Shown: positions 50,987-61,094, counted from the stretch's first letter. The stretch: DNA of 64,000 bases from Nitrosopumilus sp. (GCA_963662625.1 OY759726.1:992001-1056000), one strand, 5' to 3'. The notes: generated by a model from the letters alone, not told the origin. Translations and numbers: made by a program.

Positions 50987-51733
50987 CTATGCCGCCAGCC
51001 TCTTGAAGTTGCCGTGCAGTATGGCGTGCTTTGACCTCTCGTCCAGCAGTGCGTCCTCCACGTTGGAGCGCATGGCGTTGAAGCTGCACCATGGAAAGTC
51101 GCTGCCAAACAGGACCCTCTCCCTGCCAAGCACCTCCACGGCGTGCTCGATCCTGTACGGCGTGCTGGTGCCAGAGGTGTCAAAATACACGTTCCCGAGC
51201 CCCTCCGCGGCGGCCACCGCGCGCCTGACGATCGCCGTATCGTTGCCGCCCATGTGGGCCAGGACTACCCTTATCCCGGGAAACCTCCTGGCCACCTCCA
51301 GCCCGTGAAGAAACGACGTGTTTGACTCCCGGGAGCCGTCCATGTACCTACCGCAGTGGACAAGCAACACCGCCCGCTTCTCGTCCAGCATGTCCATGAC
51401 CGGCGCGTACCCCGCGTCGGAGACCGGCCGGCCCTCGTACGAGCCGTGGAACTTGGCCCCTATCAGCCCGTCGCCGATCCCACTCTCCAAGTCCTTCAGG
51501 TCGTTCCCGATCCGGCCCCTTCGGACCCAGTAGAACCCGTGGATCCTCCGGTTCTCCCTTGCAAGCGCCATGATCTTCCGGTTGTACAGGCCCGTGTCCT
51601 TTTCAAACGGGATCAGCCCGACCTCGTCGATCCCGTTCTTTTCGATGAAATCGCCCAGCTTGGACGGGTCTAGGAAATTGTTTATGCTGTCTGACCACCC
51701 CAGGTGGACGTGGACGTCATTTATGCCGCCCAT
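50987..51733 (-). CDS. Amidohydrolase_2 family metallohydrolase
   Basis: DVHVH, KFH, VHCG, LAHMGG, FGSDFP. Confidence 0.88.
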   Translation of the reverse strand: MGGINDVHVHLGWSDSINNFLDPSKLGDFIEKNGIDEVGLIPFEKDTGLYNRKIMALARENRRIHGFYWVRRGRIGNDLKDLESGIGDGLIGAKFHGSYEGRPVSDAGYAPVMDMLDEKRAVLLVHCGRYMDGSRESNTSFLHGLEVARRFPGIRVVLAHMGGNDTAIVRRAVAAAEGLGNVYFDTSGTSTPYRIEHAVEVLGRERVLFGSDFPWCSFNAMRSNVEDALLDERSKHAILHGNFKRLAA

Positions 51734-52280
51734 CTACAACCCGCCCGACCTGGTCCCTCCCCCCGATCACGAAGGAGTTAGGCGGCACGCTCCTCGTCAG
51801 GACACACCTTGCGGCAATCAGCGAGTGGTGCCCCACGACTATCCCGGGCATCACGGTCACCCCAGTCCCGATCCTGACATTGTCCTCGATCTTCGGGGGC
51901 GAGATCCTGGCCTCGGCCTTGCCCCGCGACGTCCCGTGCCCCGCGCCGGTAATCTCCGGCGTGTTTGCCGTCACGACATAGTGCGCCATGAACACGTTGC
52001 TGCCCACCGACATGCCCCTGGTTATGTGCGCCTGGGCCTCGATCGTGGTGTTGCTCCCTATGGCGGCGTCCCCCTCGCACATTGACAGGGGGCCGAAGAT
52101 CGTGTTGTCGCCAATCCTCGTGTTGGGCCTCAGCACGGCGTTTGCCCCGACGACGCACTCCTTCCCTATTTCACAGCCTTCGTAGATCACCGCCCCCGGC
52201 TCGACCTTGGTTCCCTCGCCCACGACGGCGGAGGCGTGGATGGACGCCCTGCCAGATACCAGCTCCCAGGTTCCAGCCAT
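51717..52280 (-). CDS. Hexapeptide-repeat acyltransferase (sugar N/O-acetyltransferase-like)
   Basis: Left-handed beta-helix repeats (IG..C.VG, IGDNTIFG, IEDNVRIG..VMPG). Confidence 0.88.
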   Translation of the reverse strand: MAGTWELVSGRASIHASAVVGEGTKVEPGAVIYEGCEIGKECVVGANAVLRPNTRIGDNTIFGPLSMCEGDAAIGSNTTIEAQAHITRGMSVGSNVFMAHYVVTANTPEITGAGHGTSRGKAEARISPPKIEDNVRIGTGVTVMPGIVVGHHSLIAARCVLTRSVPPNSFVIGGRDQVGRVVDGRHK

Positions 52281-52375
52281 ACCGTTCCTAGCCGCCCGGC
52301 AAATTAAACATATCCGGGCCGCCGCGACACAAAACCCTACTGCTTATTTACCAGAAGCCGGTCAGTGTTTTTGTA

Positions 52376-54238
52376 ATGGCAAAGTGGGCAGACTACCTGA
52401 TATCCGAGGCCGTCTACGATTCCAACCACCTGATCTTCAGGGCAAAGCGGCATCAGGACACCGGGGACGGCGTCGGCCCGCCGACGGTGGTGGACAGGCT
52501 TTCGATTGCCTCTGACATAAAAAATGGCCGAAAATACGTCACCATCTACGACACGTCCCTTTCGTGGAAGAAGGGCAACCAAATCCGAGCTTTTCGGTTA
52601 AACGGCGAACCGTATGTCAGGATCGACAACAACGAGGTAAGGCTGGATTTTCTTGGAGACATCCCTGAATTGCAGGGCTACGAGTCCGAACTGGAACAGC
52701 TGTCATCAGGATTAAAAGGACAAGAACCGGATCCAGATCCGGAACCGGAACCTGTCCGGAAGCCCGAGCCTTTCCAAAAGCCGGAACCGTCCACCGAGCC
52801 CGCACCAAAGCCGGAACCGTCCACCGAGCCCGCACCAAAGCCGGAACCGTCCACCGAGCCCGCACCAAAGCCGGAACCGTCCACCGAGCCCGCACCAAAG
52901 CCGGAACCGTCCACCGAGCCCGCACCAAAGCCGGAACCGTCCACCGAGCCCGCACCAAAGCCGGAACCGTCCACCGAGCCCGCACCAAAGCCGGAACCGT
53001 CCACCGAGCCCGCACCAAAGCCGGAACCGTCCACCGAGCCCGCACCAAAGCCGGAACCGTCCACCGAGCCCGCACCAAAGCCGGAACCGTCCACCGAGCC
53101 CGCCGCAGAACCGTCGCCATCATCGGAGACCCAAGCCGCCCCCGAGCTCTCGTCCCAGCGCCCGTGGGGCTCGCTGCCCAAGGGCGTAAAGCCGGAACCG
53201 TCCACCGAGCCCGCCGCAGAACCGTCGCCATCATCGGAGACCCAAGCCGCCCCCGAGCTCTCGTCCCAGCGCCCGTGGGGCTCGCTGCCCAAGGGCGTAA
53301 AGCCGGAACCGTCCACCGAGCCCGCCGCAGAACCGTCGCCATCATCGGAGACCCAAGCCGCCCCCGAGCTCTCGTCCCAGCGCCCGTGGGGCTCGCTGCC
53401 CAAGGGCGTAAAGCCGGAACCGTCCACCGAGCCCGCCGCAGAACCGTCGCCATCATCGGAGACCCAAGCCGCCCCCGAGCTCTCGTCCCAGCGCCCGTGG
53501 GGCTCGCTGCCCAAGGGCGTAAAGCCGGAACCGTCCACCGAGCCCGCCGCAGAACCGTCGCCATCATCGGAGACCCAAGCCGCCCCCGAGCTCTCGTCCC
53601 AGCGCCCGTGGGGCTCGCTGCCCAAGGGCGTAAAGCCGGAACCGTCCACCGAGCCCGCCGCAGAACCGGAACCGGAACCGGAACCGGAACCGGAACCGGA
53701 ACCGGAACCGGAACCGGAACCGGAACCGGAACCGGAACCGGAACCGGAACCGGCCTCCGAGAAACTGGCCCAACTTGCAGACTTTAAATCACAAATTGAG
53801 GAATTGGAAGACTCACTGGCAGACATCAAACTGCTGTCCGGCAGGGTTTCTGAGCAAGAGACTAAGCCGAAAAAAGGAAACGCGCAGCCACGGGTACCCG
53901 GCCCAAAGGCGACCTCAAAACCCGGTGGCGCCGACGAGAAGGCGGCGCGGCTGCTCAAGATGCAGGACGAGGCACTAGGTGACCTGCAGGACAGGCTCGG
54001 GGCTCCCGCGCCAGAAGACGCCCGGCCCGCGCCAGAAGACGCCCGGCCCGCGCCAGAAGACGCCCGGCCCGCGCCAGAGATCACGGCGTACTGCGTCAAA
54101 TGCAAAGAAAAACGCCCAGTCGACAACGCCCGACCCATCGTCATGCAAAACGGGCGCCATGCCGTCAGGGGAACCTGCTCGGTCTGCGGCTGCACGGTAT
54201 TCAGGATTGTCAAGAAACACCAGTCTACGAAACAGTAA
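52376..54238 (+). CDS. DUF3892-like / Pro-Glu repeat linker / DUF5679-like Zn-finger protein
   Basis: N-terminal WADYLIS..YVRIDNN..DFLGDIP; C-terminal [27 protein letters not shown]; domain names from recall. Confidence 0.75.
   Translation: MAKWADYLISEAVYDSNHLIFRAKRHQDTGDGVGPPTVVDRLSIASDIKNGRKYVTIYDTSLSWKKGNQIRAFRLNGEPYVRIDNNEVRLDFLGDIPELQGYESELEQLSSGLKGQEPDPDPEPEPVRKPEPFQKPEPSTEPAPKPEPSTEPAPKPEPSTEPAPKPEPSTEPAPKPEPSTEPAPKPEPSTEPAPKPEPSTEPAPKPEPSTEPAPKPEPSTEPAPKPEPSTEPAPKPEPSTEPAAEPSPSSETQAAPELSSQRPWGSLPKGVKPEPSTEPAAEPSPSSETQAAPELSSQRPWGSLPKGVKPEPSTEPAAEPSPSSETQAAPELSSQRPWGSLPKGVKPEPSTEPAAEPSPSSETQAAPELSSQRPWGSLPKGVKPEPSTEPAAEPSPSSETQAAPELSSQRPWGSLPKGVKPEPSTEPAAEPEPEPEPEPEPEPEPEPEPEPEPEPEPEPASEKLAQLADFKSQIEELEDSLADIKLLSGRVSEQETKPKKGNAQPRVPGPKATSKPGGADEKAARLLKMQDEALGDLQDRLGAPAPEDARPAPEDARPAPEDARPAPEITAYCVKCKEKRPVDNARPIVMQNGRHAVRGTCSVCGCTVFRIVKKHQSTKQ
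52777..53752 (+). repeat. Nested coding tandem repeats: 30 bp x11, 111 bp x5, 6 bp x15
   Basis: [10 protein letters not shown] units 52777-53103; 37-aa units 53077-53631; GAACCG x15 at 53663-53752. Confidence 0.95.
54005..54078 (+). repeat. 21-bp tandem repeat x3.5 (PAPEDAR)
   Basis: CCCGCGCCAGAAGACGCCCGG repeated. Confidence 0.93.
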
Positions 54239-54264
54239 AAAAACTAGGCGCCCTCACTACGACT

Positions 54265-54939
54265 ATGACCACCGCACCGACCCAGTGCTTTGTCAGGCTG
54301 TCCAGCTTTGCAGATCTGGCAAGATACGTCTGTGCCTTCAGGGTGCACCCGCTGCGCGCGTACTCCCACAAGTACCGTAACACCAGGATAATCTCGACCA
54401 CCATGGTGCTGAGCAACACCCTGCTGATATTTTACGTCCCCATGAGCAAAACCGGGAGGTACATATCTTACAACACCTCCAAAGGAAAGGAGTCATGCGA
54501 CATCGTGGAGTCTACCAAGGCCATATCGCTTTACGCCCCAATCATAAACTTCGAGTCCAAGATCTCCCCGCTGAGGACCAAGTCAAAAAACCACACTGAC
54601 CGGCTCAACCCGGTCAAGCTGGGGGACATCGGTAGCCTGGCAAGGCTCACCTACGACCCGGACTTTCCAGATGAGCAGGACCTCGCGCTGTTCGCGTTCA
54701 AGCACGGGAGGTCTTGGGTGCTGGGTTACGTCACCTCGCTGGACGTGCACGACATCGTTTACCAGTTCAACTACATAGACCTCGAGTCGGAGCCATCCAA
54801 GCCGTTCCTGAAATACATGGGAAACAAGGGCAGGGATCCGGAATTTGCCGACAGCATAGGGCACGGGTTTACCTACCTGCCGGTAATAAAGATAAAAGTG
54901 GATCATCCCATCTTCGGGATGCGCGGCCGCAGCGCCTAG
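54265..54939 (+). CDS. Hypothetical protein (224 aa) with possible internal duplication
   Basis: ATG at 54265; halves share L.S..DLAR / L.DIGSLAR and YAPII / YLPVI motifs. Confidence 0.7.
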   Translation: MTTAPTQCFVRLSSFADLARYVCAFRVHPLRAYSHKYRNTRIISTTMVLSNTLLIFYVPMSKTGRYISYNTSKGKESCDIVESTKAISLYAPIINFESKISPLRTKSKNHTDRLNPVKLGDIGSLARLTYDPDFPDEQDLALFAFKHGRSWVLGYVTSLDVHDIVYQFNYIDLESEPSKPFLKYMGNKGRDPEFADSIGHGFTYLPVIKIKVDHPIFGMRGRSA

Positions 54940-55042
54940 TCACCCCCGCGAGGCAAGCTCCGTGATCTTCCGGGCGTGCCGTCATCCCAAGTGGCGCGGG
55001 ATCTGGCTAGTCACCCCCGCGAGGCAAGCTCCGTGATCTTCC
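54936..55042. repeat. 36-bp perfect direct repeat separated by 35 bp (duplicated 3' end of the downstream minus-strand gene)
   Basis: CTAGTCACCCCCGCGAGGCAAGCTCCGTGATCTTCC at 54936-54971 and 55007-55042. Confidence 0.95.
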
Positions 55043-55685
55043 TCCTAGAGTCAGACACCATCCTTTCCACGGTCCGGACGTACACCCTGGCGGCGTAGGC
55101 GATCTCAAAGCCCCCGTGGCACTCAAAGAACGCCGACGCGACGACGCAGTCGCCCGCCACCGCCGGCTCCCCGTTTTCCCTCCTCTTGCGGTTGATCGCC
55201 TTCAGGAAGGCCGGGATCTGCCTGTTGACCTCCACCGCGAGCTCACCCCTGGACCTCAGCTTCCCTCCTCTCAAACCCACCCGGACCGGGTGAGGCACGT
55301 CGTCCCTGCACCTCTCCCTTGCCCTGATCATTATCCTTATGGGGGGCAGCCTCTTGTGGCGCCCGTAGGCGCCCGCGATGGCCCTCATGGCGCCAGGATA
55401 GCCCCCGCGGTGCTCCCTTTCGAACCTCTCCCCGTACCACGAGACGAACTCCACCGCGCCCGGGTCGTTCTTCAGCACGCTTTTTTCCCTGAACCCGCCC
55501 ATGCCGCCCCGGTCCACGGGCAGCCCGAAGTCCCTGGCCGCCTCCTCGAATATGCAGCCGTATGCCCTGGCCACCAGGCCGAGGTACGACCGGAAGAAAT
55601 AACCGACATAGTACGGGTCGGGATCGTAGTTCCCGATCTGCACGGCCTCGGCCTTGCAGCCCTCGATCAGCTCCCCGGCGTCCAT
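55011..55685 (-). CDS. Hypothetical protein (224 aa)
   Basis: Clean ORF (YDPDPYYVGYFF..IFEEAARDFGL), co-oriented with its upstream gene. Confidence 0.7.
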   Translation of the reverse strand: MDAGELIEGCKAEAVQIGNYDPDPYYVGYFFRSYLGLVARAYGCIFEEAARDFGLPVDRGGMGGFREKSVLKNDPGAVEFVSWYGERFEREHRGGYPGAMRAIAGAYGRHKRLPPIRIMIRARERCRDDVPHPVRVGLRGGKLRSRGELAVEVNRQIPAFLKAINRKRRENGEPAVAGDCVVASAFFECHGGFEIAYAARVYVRTVERMVSDSRRKITELASRG

Positions 55686-55691
55686 GGCAGG

Positions 55692-56051
55692 CTATGTGAA
55701 CTTTGAATGACCCTTCAGCTCCACGGCGAGCCTCTTGAAAATCTCGTTGACGCTCACGTCAACCAGGTTGATCGTCGCGTTTTCGGCGACTATCTGCTTT
55801 TCGAACCTTTCCTTGACCGCAAAGGAGACCGACGACCAGTGCAGCACGCCCTTAAGCTGCTCCTCCACTGTGGCGTTGGTGGTGGGAAAGTTCGCCGGCG
55901 AAAACACGATCCCGTCAGTCCACTGCATCGTGGGTATGGCACCCCCGGAGGTGCGCGTGCTGAAGGCGATCTGCCTCACCCAGTCCTCGAACCTGTACTC
56001 GATCACCTCGTGGATCACCAGCTTCTTCCAGGGCTCGATCATGATCTCCAT
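55692..56051 (-). CDS. Hypothetical protein (119 aa)
   Basis: MEIMIEPWKKLVIHEVIEY..QWTDGIVF; ATG at 56051. Confidence 0.75.
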   Translation of the reverse strand: MEIMIEPWKKLVIHEVIEYRFEDWVRQIAFSTRTSGGAIPTMQWTDGIVFSPANFPTTNATVEEQLKGVLHWSSVSFAVKERFEKQIVAENATINLVDVSVNEIFKRLAVELKGHSKFT

Positions 56052-56139
56052 GCACTGCCATTCCGCACGGCCGGTTATAACCTTGCTTTCGCGGCCTGCC
56101 GAGCTCATTTTAAATATGGTCCCCCGGATAGAACGTGGA

Positions 56140-57192
56140 ATGGCGGGCCCCGGTGAGGACATCAGTTCGCTGAAGACCGTCGAGTGGAGGGACGGCCGCG
56201 TCGTGATGATCGACCAGACGAGGCTGCCCAACAGGCTCGAGTTCGTGGAGTACGACGACTATTCCCAGGTGGCCGAGGCCATAAGGACGCTGGTCGTCCG
56301 GGGCGCCCCGGCAATCGGGGTGTCCGGCGCCTTTGGGCTGGCCCTTGCCGCGCTGCGGAGCAGCGCCGCGGACAGGGACGCGCTGATCGCCGACATGGAA
56401 AGGGCGAGGGACGTGCTACTCGGGACCAGGCCTACCGCGGTAAACCTGGCCTGGGGCCTGGAACGGATCATGTCCGTCGCGGCGTCCTGCGGGACGGCCT
56501 CCCAGGTGCGCGAGTCGGTCGTCGCCGAGGCCAAAAGCATGGCAGAGCGGGACGTCGAGATCAACAGATCGATGGGGCGGAACGGCTCGGCACTCTTCGA
56601 GGACAATGACACCGTCATGACCCACTGCAACGCCGGTGCCCTGGCGACCGTGGGGTACGGCACCGCGCTGGGGGTGATCAGGGCCGCAAAGGAGAGCGGG
56701 AAGAACGTCAGGGTGATAGCCACCGAGACCAGGCCCGTCCAGCAGGGCTCCAGGCTCACCGCGTTCGAGCTGATGCATGACGGCTTTGACGTGAGCCTGA
56801 TCCCGGACACGGCGGTGGGCTACAGCATGGCAAACGGCCTGGTGGACAAGGTGGTGGTGGGCGCAGACAGGATCGTGAAGACCGGGCACGTGTTCAACAA
56901 GATCGGGACGTACCAGGTCGCGGCCATGGCCAAGCGGCACGGGATCCCGTTCTACGTGGCCGCGCCGCTGTCCACGTTCGACATGAAAAGCAGCCACCGG
57001 GACGTGATCATCGAGATGAGGAAGGGGGCCGAGGTCACGGGGACGGGAGACGGGAGGACCGCGCCCGACGGCGTCAGCGTGATCAACCCGGCGTTTGACA
57101 TGACCCCCCCGGAACTGATCGCCGGGATCATCACCGAGAGGGGGATAGCCGCCCCCCCGCTCGCGGAGTCGATCGCGGGGCTGTTTGGCTGA
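56140..57192 (+). CDS. mtnA: Methylthioribose-1-phosphate isomerase (eIF-2B family)
   Basis: IDQTRLP, VRGAPAIG, TRPTAVNL, THCNAGALAT, ETRP..QGSRLT, NPAFDMTP. Confidence 0.92.
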   Translation: MAGPGEDISSLKTVEWRDGRVVMIDQTRLPNRLEFVEYDDYSQVAEAIRTLVVRGAPAIGVSGAFGLALAALRSSAADRDALIADMERARDVLLGTRPTAVNLAWGLERIMSVAASCGTASQVRESVVAEAKSMAERDVEINRSMGRNGSALFEDNDTVMTHCNAGALATVGYGTALGVIRAAKESGKNVRVIATETRPVQQGSRLTAFELMHDGFDVSLIPDTAVGYSMANGLVDKVVVGADRIVKTGHVFNKIGTYQVAAMAKRHGIPFYVAAPLSTFDMKSSHRDVIIEMRKGAEVTGTGDGRTAPDGVSVINPAFDMTPPELIAGIITERGIAAPPLAESIAGLFG

Positions 57193-57264
57193 CCCGGGAG
57201 CCCGGAATTAATCAAAGCTAATTTTTAGAAAGTTTTTATTGTTTCCAAAACGGTCTTACAGGAT

Positions 57265-57912
57265 ATGATCACCGTTTCTGCCCAGGCAGTGGAGGACTCG
57301 CTCAGGCAGTGCATGGATCCCGAGATCCCGCTGAACATAGTGGAGATGGGCCTGATCTATGGGATCGACGTTGCGGAGAACAACGACGTCAGCATCAAGA
57401 TGACCATGACCACCCAGGGGTGCCCACTGCACGAGACACTCGTCCAGGACGCGACGAGGTTCGTAAAGAGGGTCCCGGGCGTGAACAACGTCAAGGTGGA
57501 CATCGTCTGGGATCCGCCGTGGACGATGGACAAGATGTCGGAGGGCGCCAGGCAGAAGATCAAGAGCATGGGCATCGGGGCGGGCACCCCGGCGCCGATC
57601 AACTACGAGACCGCGCTGCCGCAGGGGGTCGGCAAGCTGGTGCAGCAGAAGGACGGCTCGATGGTGCTGGCAAACGAGCACGACCAGGGATTCATGGTAA
57701 ACCAGGCGATCGTCGACTTTTGGAAGTCGTGCAACGGGCAGCGGAAGGTGACGGAGCTCGTGGACCTGTTCGCGCAGCAGACGGGGCTGCAACGGAACCA
57801 GGTGGAAAAGGAGGTCACGCAGCTCCTCCAGCAGCTGCGCGACGGGGGGCTGATCGTCATCCCGAGCCAGCCAGACGCCCCGAACGTCGAGTTCAACGGT
57901 CAGAAGACGTAG
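57265..57912 (+). CDS. DUF59/SufT-type FeS assembly domain fused to a PqqD-like domain
   Basis: DPEIPLNIVEMGLIY, MTMTTQGCP, VWDPPWT; C-terminal VNQAIVDFWKSCNGQRKVTELVD..LQQLRDGGLI. Confidence 0.8.
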   Translation: MITVSAQAVEDSLRQCMDPEIPLNIVEMGLIYGIDVAENNDVSIKMTMTTQGCPLHETLVQDATRFVKRVPGVNNVKVDIVWDPPWTMDKMSEGARQKIKSMGIGAGTPAPINYETALPQGVGKLVQQKDGSMVLANEHDQGFMVNQAIVDFWKSCNGQRKVTELVDLFAQQTGLQRNQVEKEVTQLLQQLRDGGLIVIPSQPDAPNVEFNGQKT

Positions 57913-58562
57913 CTCGAGCTCGCGCCGTCAAAGTTGACCACTGCCCCGGAAAGGTACTTTATCCTGTTCTGGACTATGGCCCTCACAAAGTCGCCTATCT
58001 CGCCGGGCTCGCCGAGCCTCTTCATGGGGAGCGATCTACCGTACTCCTCGGCGTCCCCCACCAGCTCCCTGGTCCTGTCCGTGTTGATCGGACCCGGGGC
58101 GATGTTGACGCAGCTGATCCCCCTGCCGGCGTATTCCCTGCTCATGACCTTGAAGACCTCGCTGAACGCGGCCCTGTACGCCGAGGATATGACCAGCCTC
58201 TCGCTCGGCTCCTTTATCACGCTCGAGCTGATCAGGAATATGTACCCGCCGGGATTCACGATGATCCCCCGCAGCAGCTGGCAGAAGCCCAGGAACAGCT
58301 GGTTGTGGTACCTGTTCCAGTCTGCCTCCGTGACGTCGCGGAACTCCTTGGGCTCCGGGCCACCGGTGTTCAACACCAGGATGTCCGTCCTGCCGTGGCC
58401 CTCGGCGAACCTCCTCACGCTGTCCAGGTCGGACGTGTCCACGTCTTTCCTCGAGGCCGCAAAGACCTCGATCCCGGCCGACCTCAGCGACTCGGCGATG
58501 GCCTTGCCGATCCCCCTGGAGCCCCCCAGAACAATCGCCCCCGCCATGCGGTACAACAACAC
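57900..58562 (-). CDS. Short-chain dehydrogenase/reductase
   Basis: GGSRGIG, NTGGP, NIAPGPINTDR, PMKRLGEP; start may be ATG 58547. Confidence 0.9.
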   Translation of the reverse strand: MLLYRMAGAIVLGGSRGIGKAIAESLRSAGIEVFAASRKDVDTSDLDSVRRFAEGHGRTDILVLNTGGPEPKEFRDVTEADWNRYHNQLFLGFCQLLRGIIVNPGGYIFLISSSVIKEPSERLVISSAYRAAFSEVFKVMSREYAGRGISCVNIAPGPINTDRTRELVGDAEEYGRSLPMKRLGEPGEIGDFVRAIVQNRIKYLSGAVVNFDGASSSYVF

Positions 58563-58606
58563 GCGGCCTATTTAGCCTGTGCAGCGGGCCTGCAGGCGCC
58601 GCCCCC

Positions 58607-58858
58607 TCAGGCGGTGCCTGCGCTCTCCTTGATCTCAGAGATCGTCCCCAGGACCGAGTCCATCCTGACGATGGCGATCTTACCGTCCCAGCCAAGCGCG
58701 ACGTACCAGTCCCCCGCGTCGGAGTGGTATTTGGTCTCCAGGGTCTTGATCCCGCCGGGCTCGGCGCCGTACGCCTTCGCGACGCCGGAGACCGCGAGTG
58801 CTATGGCGTCCCCCTCCTTCTCCAGCCTCCTCTTCATCAGTCCTATCCCGGGGCTCAC
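58607..58858 (-). CDS. Small hypothetical protein (PepSY-like layout)
   Basis: EGDAIALA..WYVALGW..AIVRMDSVLGTI. Confidence 0.6.
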   Translation of the reverse strand: MSPGIGLMKRRLEKEGDAIALAVSGVAKAYGAEPGGIKTLETKYHSDAGDWYVALGWDGKIAIVRMDSVLGTISEIKESAGTA

Positions 58859-58906
58859 GGTTTCGGTCCGCGCCGTCCTCTAATAAAGCCTTCAGGCAGC
58901 CCGTCC

Positions 58907-61094
58907 GTATGAGGTCACCACCCCTACACTGTCTTGGATGCCCCGCCTGACAGGGATTTCCCGTGCCCCCCACGTGATCATGCACGTCATGAAGTAGGAC
59001 CGCCTGTCCCTCCAGGGCTTCCCGACCTTGATCTGGCCGCCTGTCTTTCGGGACACCACCATGTGCCGCAGGCCGCGCCCGGGGGCGCTGTCCGTGGGTC
59101 CCGCCCCCCGTGCCCCGGGAACGCAGACCGGCGGGGCAGCGGCGCCTGCAGCCTGCCCGCCAGGGGGGCAAGCGCGGTGCCCCTGGCGTCTCCGTGCCCG
59201 AACAGCAGCCTGCGCATCCCAGACCCGGAGGCGCGGCGCAGGCGCGCCGAGTGCCTGCCCGAGGCGGCGCCCGCCAGCGCCCCGGCGTACACGTCTGACA
59301 CCTGCCGGCGCGGCACCCCGGCGCGCGGCGCCGCCCCCTTCCTCTCCGCCGCGTGCCGCAGCTCCCGCAGCCCGCGGGGCCGGCACGGCCGGCGGCGCCC
59401 GCCCGGGCCGGACCTCCCGTACGCGGAGGGCCTGCCGGACGTGACGATCCCGCGGTACCCGTCCATGTACCTGCCGGGCACCTGCGACCCCCTGCTCCGG
59501 CCGTCCACGGTCACGGCGTTCCTGCCGGACTGGATGACCCGCGCCCACCCGTCCTCTCCCGCCAGGCTGGCGCGCGTCCCGTCGGCCCCGGCCCTCTTGG
59601 ACCTCCTGGCGCGTCCCACGATGTCCCGGAACGGCCCGCGCATCGCGCCGCGGGTGCGCCCCGTCACGTTTATGGCTCTGCATGTTTCGCGATCCTCACC
59701 CCGGTGATCTCCCGTACGTAGTGATCACATTAGATAATCGCTCATCTTGGCGACCTTGATCTCCCCCGTGCGCAGCATCGTCCCTATTGATTCCTTCATC
59801 TCGTCGGCCGACCCGTACAGCCTGTTGGCAGTGTGCAGCCCCGTGTTGCGCCACTGTCCCTCCGCCGGGCTGGGGTCTGGCGCGTGGGCGGGAAAGTGCA
59901 TGAGCACGACGTCCCCGCCGCGGCCCCTGACGGCTCCCGTCACCTTGCGCGACTTGCGGCAGCCCGCGCTGCCCGCAGGGACGGGCACCTTCCCGGACCT
60001 CCTGCGGAGCCTGCCGAGAAAGTCCGAGAAGCTGTCCCCGTTAGCCCTCTCGCAGGACGGGCAGCAGGACCCGTCCCGGCGCGGCGCGCCAAACGAGCAG
60101 GACCGCTGCCCCGGCAGCGCGGGCGGGGCCGCGGCCCCGGCGCCCCGGGGCGCCCGCGCCTTCTTCTGCACCAGCCCGATTATGTGGGACGCCTCGTCCT
60201 GGGCGACGACGGCGTACCCCCCGGGGAGCAGCGCGGGACGGCGCGCCTTGCTTTTTTTTAAACGCCCTCCGCCCGGGTCCCGGGGCCGGCTTGGGGTGCC
60301 TGGGCCTGGGGGTCTGCCTCGTGAAGCCGATCCTGCGCGGCACCTCGCATGTCCCGGAGGTGCCGTACCGCACCCCGAACCTTTTCTCCATGCGGGCCGC
60401 CAGGAGGCGGGCGGCCCGCAGGCCCGACCCGAACCCGAACCCCTGCGGGCCCGCGAGGGGGCCTTTCCTGGGCTGCGCCAGCTGCGGCCCGCCCGGCTCC
60501 GGCGGGGTGCCGGGCCTCCTCTCGTCGTACCTGCCGTGGATCCCCGTCCGCATGGCGCGCATGAGCCACCCGCGCACCGTGGAGTAGGGCCGGTTCAGCG
60601 CCCCGCCTATCTGGCGTATGGACGCGCCCTCCTTGCGCATAACGTACGCGAGCAGCCTCGCGCGTGCCTTCGGATCCTTTTCCGTCCTGCGGGTCTTCCT
60701 GAGGTACCCCGCCCCAGTCTTGGGAAGGAACTCCCTCCCTGTTGGTATGATGATGTCTTTCATGCGTGGCGTCAGGCTTGCCACGATCTGGACCTTTCGG
60801 TCTAATATTGTTGGCTGTTTTGTGAGCGATTATTAGTTGGGATTACTACGGCACCCGCCATCTTCCCGAACGGGGCGGCCGCGCGGAGCGGCGCGGCCAC
60901 CGCGGCCACCGTGTTCCTGCCGCAGCTCCCGCGCGCCGGGAGGCCGCCTGGCGCCACGTGCAACTTGCAGCACCCGGGGCCCCCGGCGGCCTGGCCGTTC
61001 TGCGCCTTGCCACGCACGTACTGGCACCTCCTGCCATAGGGATCGGCATGATCGCGCCTTGTTGGTTAAAGGGTCAGCACACGTGACCTCATAC
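58907..61094 (-). mobile_element. Degenerate IS66-family element interrupted by IS630
   Basis: 12-bp perfect TIR GTATGAGGTCAC; flanking 8-bp target duplication GCCCGTCC/GCCAGTCC; decayed motifs ADGT..GW..SRGSQVP..YRGIVTSGRPSAY..LRELRH. Confidence 0.8.
59719..60848 (-). mobile_element. Degenerate IS630-family element (about 1.13 kb)
   Basis: TA at both ends, imperfect 28-bp TIR (59717-59744 / 60823-60850, 22/28), HTH (ARLLAYVMRKEGASIRQIG..STVRGW), FKK slippery TTTAAAAAAA, decayed PAHAPDPSPAEGQW. Confidence 0.85.
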
